A stretch of 64,000 nt of DNA from Candidatus Moraniibacteriota bacterium (GTDB taxonomy: Bacteria > Patescibacteriota > Minisyncoccia > Moranbacterales > UBA1568), in assembly GCA_049290235.1 (NCBI GenBank), contig JBATNG010000017.1, positions 628 through 64,627 on the forward strand. Reading direction: 5' to 3'. The position numbers and the translations under genes are program-made. Of the stretch, positions 10,231 to 19,659 are shown piece after piece. The notes under the pieces were generated by a model, which was not told where the DNA came from, searched no databases, and saw only the letters and a program-made list of their open reading frames with translations. Position 1 is the stretch's first letter. The number at the start of each line of letters is the position of its first letter.

Positions 10231-10385
10231 GAGGCCATGGTTTCCGATTGGCGGAGGATCACTATTTTCTCAGTCTGTCGCGAGAAAATGGCTGGAGACA
10301 ATCGTGAAACGATCCGAACCAGAAACCCCGGGCAGCCGTTTTCTTTCTCCACTTTCTTTCGCTGCCAAAAGAAAGTGGAAATCAG
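10231..10385 (+). repeat. interspersed element copy B, direct copy of module X plus terminal hairpin, immediately upstream of dnaG; candidate structured RNA or 5' leader
   Basis: See copy A. Hairpin ccactttctttcgctgccaaaagaaagtgg at 10350-10380. It ends about 55 nt before the dnaG start. Confidence 0.5.
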
Positions 10386-10438
10386 TCCTGTATTTGAAAT
10401 GGGAGTAGAATAAGGGTAGAATAGAGCGCTATCTATAT

Positions 10439-12307
10439 ATGAGTACTACGACCGAAGACATCAAATCCCGCCTGAATATCGTCGACGTGGTCGGCCAGTA
10501 CGTGAAGCTGCAGAAGGCTGGGTCACACTGGAAGGCGAATTGCCCGTTCCATCAGGAGAAGACGCCCTCTTTCTCCGTGAACGAGGAGCGCAATATGTGG
10601 CACTGTTTCGGCTGTGGCAAGGGCGGGGATGTGTTCGCGTTTGTCATGGAGATCGAGGGGCTGGAATTCCGTGAGGCACTGAAGCTCCTCGCGGAGAAGG
10701 CGGGGGTCGAGCTGCCCGAATATCGTGGAGGTGGTGGGCAGAAGCCTGAAATGAAAGACCGAGGACTGGAAATATTGGAGCTTGCGACGAAATTCTATGA
10801 GAAACAGCTCTGGGAGAGCGAACGCGGCAAGGCGATACTCGCCTATCTCCATGAACGCGGACTGACCGACGAATCCATCCGCACCTATCGGCTGGGCTAT
10901 GCGCCGGATGGCTGGCGTTTCATTTTTGAATTTCTCCTGAAACGAGGGTATAGCGCAGACGAAATAGAACGTACTGGCCTGGTCATTCGTAAAACCAACA
11001 ACCAACAACCAACAATCAGCAACGCGGATCCCTCCCAACCCACAACCCACAACCCGCAACCTACAACCTCGGCCTACTACGATCGTTTTCGCGACCGCAT
11101 CATGTTTCCGATTGGAGACATCCTCGGCCGGCCGATCGGCTATTCGGCCCGCGTCGCCCCTGGTGGGGACGAAAGTCAAGCGAAATATATCAATACTCCA
11201 GAGACGAATTTGTACTACAAGAGTCGGGCGCTCTATGGCCTCGCCCTCGCCAAGCAGTCGATCAAAGAATCAGGCCGAGCGATCCTCGTTGAGGGCAATA
11301 TGGATGTCATCGCACTCCATCAGGCGGGGCTGGCCAATGTCGTCGCAGTGTCTGGGACGGCGCTGACCGTTGAGCAGCTCGGGATATTGAAGCGCTATGG
11401 AAAGAAACTCGCCCTGTTCTTCGATATGGACAAGGCGGGGCAGGCAGCAGCCTGGAAGAGTGCCATCCTCGCGTTTGGTCTGGACTTCGCGGTCGAAGCC
11501 GTCGCGCTCTCGAGTGGCAAGGACGCGGCTGATATGAACCGCGAAGACCCGGAGCAGTTGCGTGCCGCCGTAGCGGATGCCCAGCCGGCGATGCGGTACT
11601 TTCTCGATTCGCTCCTCCGGGATGCTGATGCCGGGAGTCAGGACGGCAAGAACCAAATCGTCGAACGCTATGCTGAGCTCTTGGCCGCGACTCAGAATGA
11701 GCTCGATCGATCGCACTGGACCAAGGAACTCGCGGCCGCCATCGGTGCTGAACCAAAGGTCGTCCAGGCAACGGTCGAAAAAGTCTTTCGCTCGCTGCAA
11801 CGCGGCGATCACTTCATCGAAAGCCGTCCGAGCGGGACCTTTCTCCCGAAGACTTTTGGCCGTCGATCGGAAGTCTTGCGTGAAGGGCTCATCGGTCTCA
11901 TGCTCGCCAGTCCGACGGCGCAAGAGGTCGTCGCGCTTGAGACAGACAGAGCTGTCTTGGACTTTCTCGCGCTCCACCCGATCGCTTTCTTCATTCGCAA
12001 TAATCCATCGGATCCGATCGCCGCGATCGAGGATCGAGCCCTTCAGAGTCTCGCGAGTGATATCTTGTTCCGGACACTCGAGCTCCCCAGTTTGCGCGCG
12101 GCCGAAGAGGAGAGAGAAACGGTCGCAGCGAATATCACAGGTGAATATCTGCGGGATCTGCGGTCCGAATTGCATGAAAAGGATGAACGTCTCGCCCTCG
12201 GGCGCGCGATTGAAGCCGCTCGACAGGCTGGTAACAAAGAGGAGGAACGCCGTCTCTTTGAGGAATTTGCTCGACTGACCAAGGGCGATGCTTCCCAGAA
12301 CGGGTGA
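10439..12307 (+). CDS. dnaG: DNA primase
   Basis: Zinc-binding motif CPFHQEKTPSFSVNEERNMWHCFGCGKGGDVFAFVM. TOPRIM region EGNMDVIALHQAGLANVVAVSGTAL...FDMDKAGQAAA. A low-complexity Q/P/T insert is encoded by a caacca-type repeat at about 10990-11080. Confidence 0.9.
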   Translation: MSTTTEDIKSRLNIVDVVGQYVKLQKAGSHWKANCPFHQEKTPSFSVNEERNMWHCFGCGKGGDVFAFVMEIEGLEFREALKLLAEKAGVELPEYRGGGGQKPEMKDRGLEILELATKFYEKQLWESERGKAILAYLHERGLTDESIRTYRLGYAPDGWRFIFEFLLKRGYSADEIERTGLVIRKTNNQQPTISNADPSQPTTHNPQPTTSAYYDRFRDRIMFPIGDILGRPIGYSARVAPGGDESQAKYINTPETNLYYKSRALYGLALAKQSIKESGRAILVEGNMDVIALHQAGLANVVAVSGTALTVEQLGILKRYGKKLALFFDMDKAGQAAAWKSAILAFGLDFAVEAVALSSGKDAADMNREDPEQLRAAVADAQPAMRYFLDSLLRDADAGSQDGKNQIVERYAELLAATQNELDRSHWTKELAAAIGAEPKVVQATVEKVFRSLQRGDHFIESRPSGTFLPKTFGRRSEVLREGLIGLMLASPTAQEVVALETDRAVLDFLALHPIAFFIRNNPSDPIAAIEDRALQSLASDILFRTLELPSLRAAEEERETVAANITGEYLRDLRSELHEKDERLALGRAIEAARQAGNKEEERRLFEEFARLTKGDASQNG

Positions 12308-12352
12308 AATTTGCTAGCCTGAGCCTACAAAACGGTAATCTCTTTGCTCACT

Positions 12353-13663
12353 ATGGCCAAAAAACCGCTGAAAAAGAAGAAGCCAACGCCGAAGAAACCG
12401 GCTTCCAAGAAGAAGTCAGCCAGGAAACCGGCTCCGAAAAAGCCGGCCAAAAAGCGACCGGTTGCCAAGAAGACGCTGCGGAAGGTGAAAAAATCAGCCC
12501 CGAAAAAGAAGCCCGTGGCCAAGAAGCAGTCGTTTCCGAAGAAGTCTGTAGCAGGGAAGAAACCCTCACGTGGGGAGTTGGCCCAAAACGCTTTTGATGA
12601 ACTGATCAGTCGGGGGAAGCAGCGCGGTTTCATCACCGAAGATGAGATCATCCATATCCTGCCGCATATCGAACAAGATCTCGACAGTCTCGAGAATCTC
12701 TATGAGCAGCTCGAAACGTCGGGTATCCGGGTAGTCGGTTCCGAGGAGATGCTGAAGGTCGGCGAGGAAAAGGAGGAAGTCGTCGAAAAGGGGAAGAAGA
12801 AAGACAAGATGATGGACCTCGGGGAGAGCGATGATGCTTCGGATCTGGTCCAGATGTATTTGAAAGAAATCGGTCGCGTGACGCTCCTCACCGGGGATGA
12901 AGAAGTGAAGCTCGCCAAGGCGATCGAAAAGGGTGATCTCGTGGCGAAACAACGTCTGACTGAGGCGAATCTCCGGCTCGTCGTCTCCATTGCCAAGAAG
13001 TATGTCGGTCGTTCCCATAATTTATCCCTGCTCGATCTCATCCAAGAGGGAAATATTGGTCTCTTCCGAGCGGTCGAGAAATTTGATTATCGCAAAGGTT
13101 TCAAGTTTTCGACCTATGCGACGTGGTGGATCCGTCAGGCGATCACGCGTGCTCTCGCTGATCAGTCTCGGACGATCCGCATCCCGGTGCACATGGTGGA
13201 GACGATCAACAAATACGCCCAGGTGACTCGGCGTCTCGTGCAGGAGCTCGGTCGGGAGCCGCTCGCCGAAGAGATCGCCGCTGAAATGAACCTGGAAGTC
13301 GACAAAATTCGCCATATCCAGAAGATTTCACAAGAAACTGTTTCGCTTGAGACGAGTGTCGGTGACAATGATGATGACTCGGTCCTCGGGGACTTCATCG
13401 AGGATACCGAGACCGTCATGCCACACCAGATGGCCGCCCGCAAGCTCTTGAAGTCACATATCGGAGCCATTCTCGATGAGCTCACGCCGCGCGAGCAGAA
13501 GATCCTTCGTATCCGGTTCGGTCTCGAAGATGGCGTGACGCATACGCTCGAGGAAGTCGGTCAGGAATTCGGTGTCACTCGCGAGCGTATCCGGCAGATC
13601 GAAGCCAAGGCGCTCGAAAAGATCCGTGAGCACGAGAGTCTGAAAAAGCTCCGGGATTACTAA
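12353..13663 (+). CDS. rpoD: RNA polymerase sigma-70 factor with lysine-rich basic N-terminal extension
   Basis: Region 2.x [40 protein letters not shown], region 3, and region 4 [38 protein letters not shown]. The N-terminal 75 aa are KKPxKK-type repeats. ATG at 12353; the ORF-track TTG at 12344 is unlikely. Confidence 0.9.
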   Translation: MAKKPLKKKKPTPKKPASKKKSARKPAPKKPAKKRPVAKKTLRKVKKSAPKKKPVAKKQSFPKKSVAGKKPSRGELAQNAFDELISRGKQRGFITEDEIIHILPHIEQDLDSLENLYEQLETSGIRVVGSEEMLKVGEEKEEVVEKGKKKDKMMDLGESDDASDLVQMYLKEIGRVTLLTGDEEVKLAKAIEKGDLVAKQRLTEANLRLVVSIAKKYVGRSHNLSLLDLIQEGNIGLFRAVEKFDYRKGFKFSTYATWWIRQAITRALADQSRTIRIPVHMVETINKYAQVTRRLVQELGREPLAEEIAAEMNLEVDKIRHIQKISQETVSLETSVGDNDDDSVLGDFIEDTETVMPHQMAARKLLKSHIGAILDELTPREQKILRIRFGLEDGVTHTLEEVGQEFGVTRERIRQIEAKALEKIREHESLKKLRDY

Positions 13664-13674
13664 AAGAGATTACA

Positions 13675-13700
13675 CCCGCCCCCATTTCGGGGGCGTTTAT
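13675..13700 (+). terminator. rho-independent terminator after rpoD
   Basis: cccgccccc-attt-cgggggcg followed by tttat. Confidence 0.6.
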
Positions 13701-13702
13701 AT

Positions 13703-14179
13703 ATGCCGCATATTCATACCGAACCCGGACAGATTGATGCCATCGCTGAGGTGTTTGTTGTCTACCAAGACCGCGTACTCATCCGTTTCCATGAGAAATA
13801 TCATATCTGGATCGCTCCGGGTGGACACATCGAACTCGATGAGACGCCGGAAGAGGCGGCTGTCCGTGAGGTCAAAGAAGAAACGGGTCTCGACGTGGCA
13901 CTCTATACCGGGAACCGACTGCCAGCAGAGCGTGGGACAGGCCGACTGCAACCGCTCACTCCACCGATGTTCATGAATGTCCATGTGGTGGATGTGAACC
14001 ATCGTCACCTCGTGTTCGTTTACTTCGCGACGGCCGAGACGGACCAGATCGTCCAACCTGAGACGCATGAGAAGACTGATTGTCGCTGGATGACCCGGGG
14101 AGAGATACTGGCGGCGACGGATAAGGAGGAGACTATCAAGTCCTACGCTCTGAAAGCACTTGAGATACTCTCGGTCTAG
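13703..14179 (+). CDS. NUDIX hydrolase
   Basis: Nudix box GGHIELDETPEEAAVREVKEETGL (Gx5Ex7REUxEExGU). Confidence 0.8.
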   Translation: MPHIHTEPGQIDAIAEVFVVYQDRVLIRFHEKYHIWIAPGGHIELDETPEEAAVREVKEETGLDVALYTGNRLPAERGTGRLQPLTPPMFMNVHVVDVNHRHLVFVYFATAETDQIVQPETHEKTDCRWMTRGEILAATDKEETIKSYALKALEILSV

Positions 14180-14261
14180 GCTCATTTGTCCGATGGGGTT
14201 GCATTTGCTAACCTACACTCTCCACTTCGGAGAGACCGTTCGTTCACAAAAGGAGGCGGCG

Positions 14262-14774
14262 ATGGATGACACCATTCGTGATAAAGAGGGTTATTCCTTG
14301 GCTCTGCGCGAGACGTATCTCGAGATGATCGAGAGCTCTCTCGGAACCAAGATTTTTCGACGGGTGTATGTTCAGAGACCGGGGGAACTGTTTGACGCGA
14401 CGAAAGATGGCAACTTTTCTTGTGCCTACTTCGTCTCTTCAATTCAATTCCATTTCCATCTCACGACCACCTGGCATGTGAATGTCGGTCTAACAGTGGA
14501 AGACATGCTGGTATCTGGGTGGTATCCGACTGATGAACCGCAAATTGGGGGCGTCATCGTTTACGGCTTCGGAAAAATTTGTTCCGACGACCAGCGCCAT
14601 CGGCACCTAGGCTTCTACATGGGAGGTGATACGGAGGACAAGGTGATCAGTAATCACCCATATCTTTGCGATCCCAGGCGTCACCCACTTCACTATATCG
14701 ATGGGAGAGATGGGAGATCTCATCGGCCAATCGAGGCAATGTACTTCCACGAGAAGTTGGTCATTCGGCCCTGA
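14262..14774 (+). CDS. hypothetical protein (Cys/His-containing, possible papain-like or NlpC-like fold; unassigned)
   Basis: ATG at 14262 is preceded by the SD-like aaaggagg (14249-14256). No family-defining motif recognised with confidence. Confidence 0.4.
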   Translation: MDDTIRDKEGYSLALRETYLEMIESSLGTKIFRRVYVQRPGELFDATKDGNFSCAYFVSSIQFHFHLTTTWHVNVGLTVEDMLVSGWYPTDEPQIGGVIVYGFGKICSDDQRHRHLGFYMGGDTEDKVISNHPYLCDPRRHPLHYIDGRDGRSHRPIEAMYFHEKLVIRP

Positions 14775-14821
14775 GGGCTCGCCATGACCATGTGTCGCTG
14801 CCCCCACCATCGTAGTCCCTT

Positions 14822-14857
14822 GGGCAACCCGCCGCGCCCGGTTGCCTTTTTTCTTTT
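14822..14857 (+). terminator. rho-independent terminator
   Basis: ggcaacc-cgccgcgccc-ggttgcc followed by ttttttcttttt. Confidence 0.6.
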
Positions 14858-14910
14858 TGTGGCTTACCATAGGCCTGTCGCTCCTCGTGGGCGATTTAAC
14901 AACCCAATAC

Positions 14911-14985
<75 letters not shown>

Positions 14986-15168
14986 ACATCAGTATTTCTC
15001 AAGCGACCGGTTCCCATCCGTGGGGAAAGGCCGGAGGGAAGGGAAGAATCGTCACGGAAGGTGGCGATTTTTCTTTCCTCTCACACCGGTTTCATTGCCG
15101 GTCGGCAATCGGATTCGAACCAGGGAAATCTGATTGTATGATATGAAATTTTTATCAACGGTATCAAT

Positions 15169-16326
15169 ATGAATAATCTCAACCCGTATTCAGCTCTATT
15201 CGATGGCGGCAAGAAACGGATCAGATACAACGGAAATAGCGTATTCCAGCCCATTGAGGACGTCAAAGAATCCGATTTCAGCGAAGGGATCACGACAGGA
15301 AGGATCGCGAAGATTTTTCAGGATCCGGAATATTTTTATCACCTTCACAAGGTAGACAATGGGATATTCTTCGGAGCGGTGGAATACTTCCGATCGATCG
15401 ATGCCGAGTGGTGCAATCTTCCCCTCACGACACTCATGATTTCATCTCCGGGAGAAGTGTACGCCGGAAAAACGCTGGATTACACGACCGATACGCTCCC
15501 GGTTGATATATCCTGGTTTGACAATAAGCGGAACGTCTTTCTTTCGGAAAGTTCACAATTCTATCTCGAGCTGAGGCTCCTGACGCAGAATATCGGTAAG
15601 GTCTTTTCCATATATAATTCGTTCAGAAAAGAAAAGGCGGACTTTTGTCATCTTTCGGAGTTCCAGCACATCGAATTCGAGGGGAAGGTTTCTTTTGACC
15701 AGAATATTGATATCTTTCTCGGTTTGATGCGTCACATCACGAAGTATCTTATAGACAATGAGAGAGAAAGCCTGGAGTACTTCATCGGGGAGGAAAAGCT
15801 GAAGGAGCTTGCCGATGCCTTTTCAGAGGGAAATATCGTTACGATTACCTTCAAGGAGGCGCTTGAAGCTCTCCATAAGGAGACCGGGGATGATATGTAC
15901 AAGGAATTCAGCCTGAAAAACTTCGGTGCATGGGAAGAAATAAGACTTACGGAGATATTCGGCAAGCACGTCATTGTGACGAAATTCCCGCTTTTGCAGA
16001 TTCCTTTCTATCACAACGAACTTGAGGAGAATGAGGACGGGGTTCCGCTCGCCGAGAATGCCGATTTCATCCTCTGTGGTTATCGGGAAACCGTCGGAAG
16101 CGGAACGAGAATTTCAAATTCGGAAGCCTTAAAGGAGAAAGCGAAGACTTTCAATCTTCCTATGTCGGATTACGATCCGTATATTCAGACCCGTCTGAGG
16201 GAAGGGTATCAAAAGACTTCCGGTTTCGGTCTCGGATGGCAGCGGTATGTGCAATGGGTATTACAGTTGCCATATATATGGGAAGCGACACATATACCGC
16301 GAGGACATCATCTCCCTAAGCCGTAA
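15169..16326 (+). CDS. AsnA-type asparagine synthetase / class II aaRS-like catalytic core without an anticodon-binding domain
   Basis: Motif-2-like FRKEKADFCHLSEFQHIEFEG, motif-3-like GSGTRI...GFGLGWQRYVQWVLQLPYIWE. The C-terminus resembles AsnA ([22 protein letters not shown]). No N-terminal OB-fold. Confidence 0.6.
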   Translation: MNNLNPYSALFDGGKKRIRYNGNSVFQPIEDVKESDFSEGITTGRIAKIFQDPEYFYHLHKVDNGIFFGAVEYFRSIDAEWCNLPLTTLMISSPGEVYAGKTLDYTTDTLPVDISWFDNKRNVFLSESSQFYLELRLLTQNIGKVFSIYNSFRKEKADFCHLSEFQHIEFEGKVSFDQNIDIFLGLMRHITKYLIDNERESLEYFIGEEKLKELADAFSEGNIVTITFKEALEALHKETGDDMYKEFSLKNFGAWEEIRLTEIFGKHVIVTKFPLLQIPFYHNELEENEDGVPLAENADFILCGYRETVGSGTRISNSEALKEKAKTFNLPMSDYDPYIQTRLREGYQKTSGFGLGWQRYVQWVLQLPYIWEATHIPRGHHLPKP

Positions 16327-16339
16327 AATCAATAAATAT

Positions 16340-17182
16340 ATGGATCAGAAGACCTTCGATAATTTTTTTCAGCCATACGCAAAAAATGTCGACAAAGCCG
16401 ACGATGTGAGCGCCTTTTGGCGACTCTCTGATGCATTGATCATGGAGATTATCAAGGAAAGTATCGGAAAGCATTGTTCCGAGCAATCAGCTGTATGTGA
16501 TGCGGGGGGTGGGACTGGACGGTGGGTGGTGAAGATGAGCATAGAGATTCCCGGAAAATTCATGGTCTACGATCGCTCGGTCGATATGCTCGCAAAAGCG
16601 AAAGAAAATATTGAAAAAGCCGGCCTTTCCGATAAGGTAACGCTCGTTCAGGGAGACTTGACCGATATGAAGAGTATTGAAAGCGAGTCGATCGATCATA
16701 TCGTGAGTATTTACAGCCCGATAAGCTTCATTTCCGAGAACGGAAAGGCAGCTTCGGAAATGTATCGTGTTCTCAAAAAAGGAGGGAGAATTCTTCTTAT
16801 GGGACACAGTTACTATAATGCGCTTGCGTCGAAAGTGAACAATTATCGGGCCGATTCCGAAGAGCTCGCGCGGCTCTCGGAAGAATATCGGGTGAAGTGG
16901 GCACCATATGTCCCTGAGCTGGTGACTTTTTCGAAGGAGAGTATGGAGTCTCTCTTGAAAACGGCTGGCTTCCGAATTGAGAAAACATACGGCGTTCCGG
17001 TGTTCGTTCAGCCCGGTCCGGAAGATTTTGATCCGGAGAACGAGAAGGTGAGCGCGGTGTCAACCTATCTGGAGAATCCGGACGTATTCAAGCAGATATT
17101 CGATTTGGAAATGGAACACAACAGCAGGGATACAGTTGCCAATCGGGGGATGAACATATTCACTCTAGCCACAAAGATATGA
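16340..17182 (+). CDS. class I SAM-dependent methyltransferase
   Basis: Motif I VCDAGGGTGRW, motif post-I VYDRSVDML, LVQGDLTDM. ATG at 16340 lies just after the upstream stop at 16324-16326. Confidence 0.7.
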   Translation: MDQKTFDNFFQPYAKNVDKADDVSAFWRLSDALIMEIIKESIGKHCSEQSAVCDAGGGTGRWVVKMSIEIPGKFMVYDRSVDMLAKAKENIEKAGLSDKVTLVQGDLTDMKSIESESIDHIVSIYSPISFISENGKAASEMYRVLKKGGRILLMGHSYYNALASKVNNYRADSEELARLSEEYRVKWAPYVPELVTFSKESMESLLKTAGFRIEKTYGVPVFVQPGPEDFDPENEKVSAVSTYLENPDVFKQIFDLEMEHNSRDTVANRGMNIFTLATKI

Positions 17183-18204
17183 AAGAGCTTATAAACCCGA
17201 AGCAACTTCAGAAGGGAGACCTCATTTCTATCGTTTCTCCATCCGCCGGACTAGGAGAACTTTTCCCTCATCGGGTAAAAGATGGTATTCGGGCTTTGGA
17301 AAGGATGAGTTTTTGTGTCAAGGTGGAGAAAAACGCGCTTGGTCGGAAGGGGTGGGTGTCCGGAACGGTTGAAGAGCGAATCGAGGATTTGCATTCAGCT
17401 TTTTCCAATCCCGAAGTGAAATGTGTCATGGCATCTATCGGCGGCGATCATAGCAACCAGCTTCTCAAGCATATCGATTACGATCTCATACGGAACAATC
17501 CGAAGATATTTATCGGTTACTCCGATATTTCCGTGCTTCATTACGCACTGCAGTCCAAGGCTGGACTCCGAACATTTTATGGACCGTGTCTCATATCGGA
17601 ATTCGGGGAATATCCGGATGTTCTTGATTATACGAAAGACTCGTTCATGAAAACTCTCGTCGATGGGTCGTTTGGAGAGATTCGCGCATCGGAAGAATGG
17701 ACTGATGATTTTTTGGACTGGTTCAATCAAGAGAACCACACAAAGAAAAGGACGCTGTATCCATCGGGCGGTTATGAATGGTGGAAAGAAGGCCGCGCGG
17801 AGGGGCGGATTCTCGGGGGATGCGTTCCATCGATCAATCACACATTGGGGACCGAGTATTGGATTGACCCTCGAGGAGCTTTGTTTTTCATTGATATCCC
17901 GGAAGGGGGGCCGGGAGAACCGATGGACATGGCCGCACTGGATTCGTTTTTTGCTGATTTGGATAACGCGAAGACGTTTGAGAATATCTCCGGTCTTATT
18001 ATCGGCAGACCGTACAGGTTTTCGGAAGAATTGCACTCCGAACTGAAGGGACTCGTCTTGAAATATGCCGGTTCATATGGTTATCCTATCCTCTATAATG
18101 CAAATATAGGGCACTGCGCGCCGAGTATCACGCTTCCGTTCGGAGCGCTTGCAGAGGCCGACTCTTCGCGGAATCTTTTTCGGATTGCTGAATCGTGGGT
18201 TTGA
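17179..18204 (+). CDS. LD-carboxypeptidase, peptidase family S66 (LdcA / microcin C7 immunity MccF family)
   Basis: Resembles S66 (LdcA/MccF) family; no specific catalytic motif could be pinned down by eye. Confidence 0.65.
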   Translation: MKELINPKQLQKGDLISIVSPSAGLGELFPHRVKDGIRALERMSFCVKVEKNALGRKGWVSGTVEERIEDLHSAFSNPEVKCVMASIGGDHSNQLLKHIDYDLIRNNPKIFIGYSDISVLHYALQSKAGLRTFYGPCLISEFGEYPDVLDYTKDSFMKTLVDGSFGEIRASEEWTDDFLDWFNQENHTKKRTLYPSGGYEWWKEGRAEGRILGGCVPSINHTLGTEYWIDPRGALFFIDIPEGGPGEPMDMAALDSFFADLDNAKTFENISGLIIGRPYRFSEELHSELKGLVLKYAGSYGYPILYNANIGHCAPSITLPFGALAEADSSRNLFRIAESWV

Positions 18205-18230
18205 TAACGTGGAATAGTGTAAAAAAATTA

Positions 18231-18266
18231 CCCGCCGTCAGATACTCGTGACGGCGGGCGTTTTTT
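18231..18266. terminator. bidirectional rho-independent terminator between convergent genes
   Basis: cccgccgtca-gatactcg-tgacggcggg flanked by aaaaaaa (18221-18227) and tttttt (18261-18266). Confidence 0.65.
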
Positions 18267-19515
18267 ATGCGAAAGGAAACGGAATGACATCGCGAACATT
18301 CTGTTTTCCTCGAGGGAGAAGGAGCATTGCGAGACGTGTCACACCGAGACCAAACCCGGAAATCGGCGGTATGCCGATTCTAAGAAGGTCCAGATACCCA
18401 GTATTTATGGGGACTTCAGATTCTTCGTGCTGCTCTTGAAGTCGCTGTCGCATAGCGCCCTCATCGTTCTCGTCTACCGACATAGTAGCGATATGCATCC
18501 CTTTAGCGACAAGTACGGCTTGGTTTGCGCGATCGTCCATGACCCTACAGAATGGATTGAATCCAGTCGGCATATCCATTATGAAGGTTGGATTGTCGAA
18601 CCGCGGGGCTATGATTTTCGTGAGCGCCTTGTATATGCTGGTGAATCCAGGCATATCTTTTGAGAAGAGATCTGGGCGCAGGCTGATCAATTCCTCGATT
18701 GAACAGCATTCTCGGCCGAAGGCCGAGGCGAGTGCCTCATTGAAGGTGGTTCGTTTCGGGGAGGCAGAAAACGCGTCACCCAATGGTTCGACTCCGACAC
18801 TACTCCTACTCGCCGCGGCGAGTTCATTGAGGATTTCGGTAATGACGTCCAGTGAGTCGTCGAGCGAGTCGCTGACCCTGTACGCTTCCAGGATGCCGAA
18901 CTCAGGATAGTGCGTTGCGTTGATGCCTTCGTTTCGGAACGAGTGAGTCATTTCATACACCCGTTCAAACCCTCCGGCAATGAGCTTTTTGAGTTTTATC
19001 TCCGATGTCATCGAGAGATGGTACTCACGGCCGTTTGCATTGCATTTTGTCGAGAAGGAATTCGCGAGACCGGCATCGAAACTATCCTGCAGGACCCCGG
19101 TATCGAATTCAAGATATCCGTTGTTCTGAAGAACTGTCCGGACGCGTCGATTCATATCGGCGATGACTTTGAAGAGGCCGAAAGAATCCTGGTTTCCAAT
19201 GAGACCGATGACGCGATTATCGTATTCCGTCCGACTGTTCACTCCGTTGTATTTGTCGGGCAGCTCGATGCGGCATATCGACACGATCTTGGCAGAATAT
19301 ACGGCTATAGACGGTGTCCCTGTGCCGCTTGTCGTACGTGTGCCTTCGATGGATATGATCGATCCCGCAGGGAGATTGGCGATTTCCCTGTAGTTTCCAA
19401 TTATTTTCTTTGTGAGAATGAACTGGGTATCCTGCTCCTGAAAGCGAACTTTTAGAAAACAGATGCCACCCATATTTCGTTTTGCGAGGATTCTCGCGTA
19501 TCCGGTGACGTCCAT
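18265..19515 (-). CDS. class IIb aminoacyl-tRNA synthetase paralogue, LysRS-like (compact, 416 aa)
   Basis: N-terminal OB-fold (GYARILAKRNMGGICFLKVRFQ...FILTK), motif 2 FRNEGINATHYPEFGILEAY, motif 3 GFGLGVTRLAMLLL. Confidence 0.7.
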   Translation of the reverse strand: MDVTGYARILAKRNMGGICFLKVRFQEQDTQFILTKKIIGNYREIANLPAGSIISIEGTRTTSGTGTPSIAVYSAKIVSICRIELPDKYNGVNSRTEYDNRVIGLIGNQDSFGLFKVIADMNRRVRTVLQNNGYLEFDTGVLQDSFDAGLANSFSTKCNANGREYHLSMTSEIKLKKLIAGGFERVYEMTHSFRNEGINATHYPEFGILEAYRVSDSLDDSLDVITEILNELAAASRSSVGVEPLGDAFSASPKRTTFNEALASAFGRECCSIEELISLRPDLFSKDMPGFTSIYKALTKIIAPRFDNPTFIMDMPTGFNPFCRVMDDRANQAVLVAKGMHIATMSVDENDEGAMRQRLQEQHEESEVPINTGYLDLLRIGIPPISGFGLGVTRLAMLLLPRGKQNVRDVIPFPFA

Positions 19516-19659
19516 GATGAAATTCTCCTCGGTTGGTTGTTAAAGTTCAACGAGGAAGTATATGTTTAAAATGATCCTTTGTCAACGGCATCTCATTGAC
19601 ACGAGGTTCTGTTTCTGATACGGATTAGATAGGTAGAAATTCTGTCCGAGGAGGATGAG

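Noticed and set aside
11270-12282. Antisense and alternative-frame ORFs over dnaG and rpoD (11270-12175 minus, 11577-12278 plus, 12325-12651 minus)
   Set aside because: They overlap clearly identified dnaG and rpoD reading frames.
15095-15130. T-loop-like GGATTCGAACC next to a tight hairpin (attgccg/cggcaat), just downstream of tRNA-Asn
   Set aside because: I could not build a full cloverleaf on either strand. It is probably part of the attL arm or a degenerate fragment rather than a second tRNA gene.
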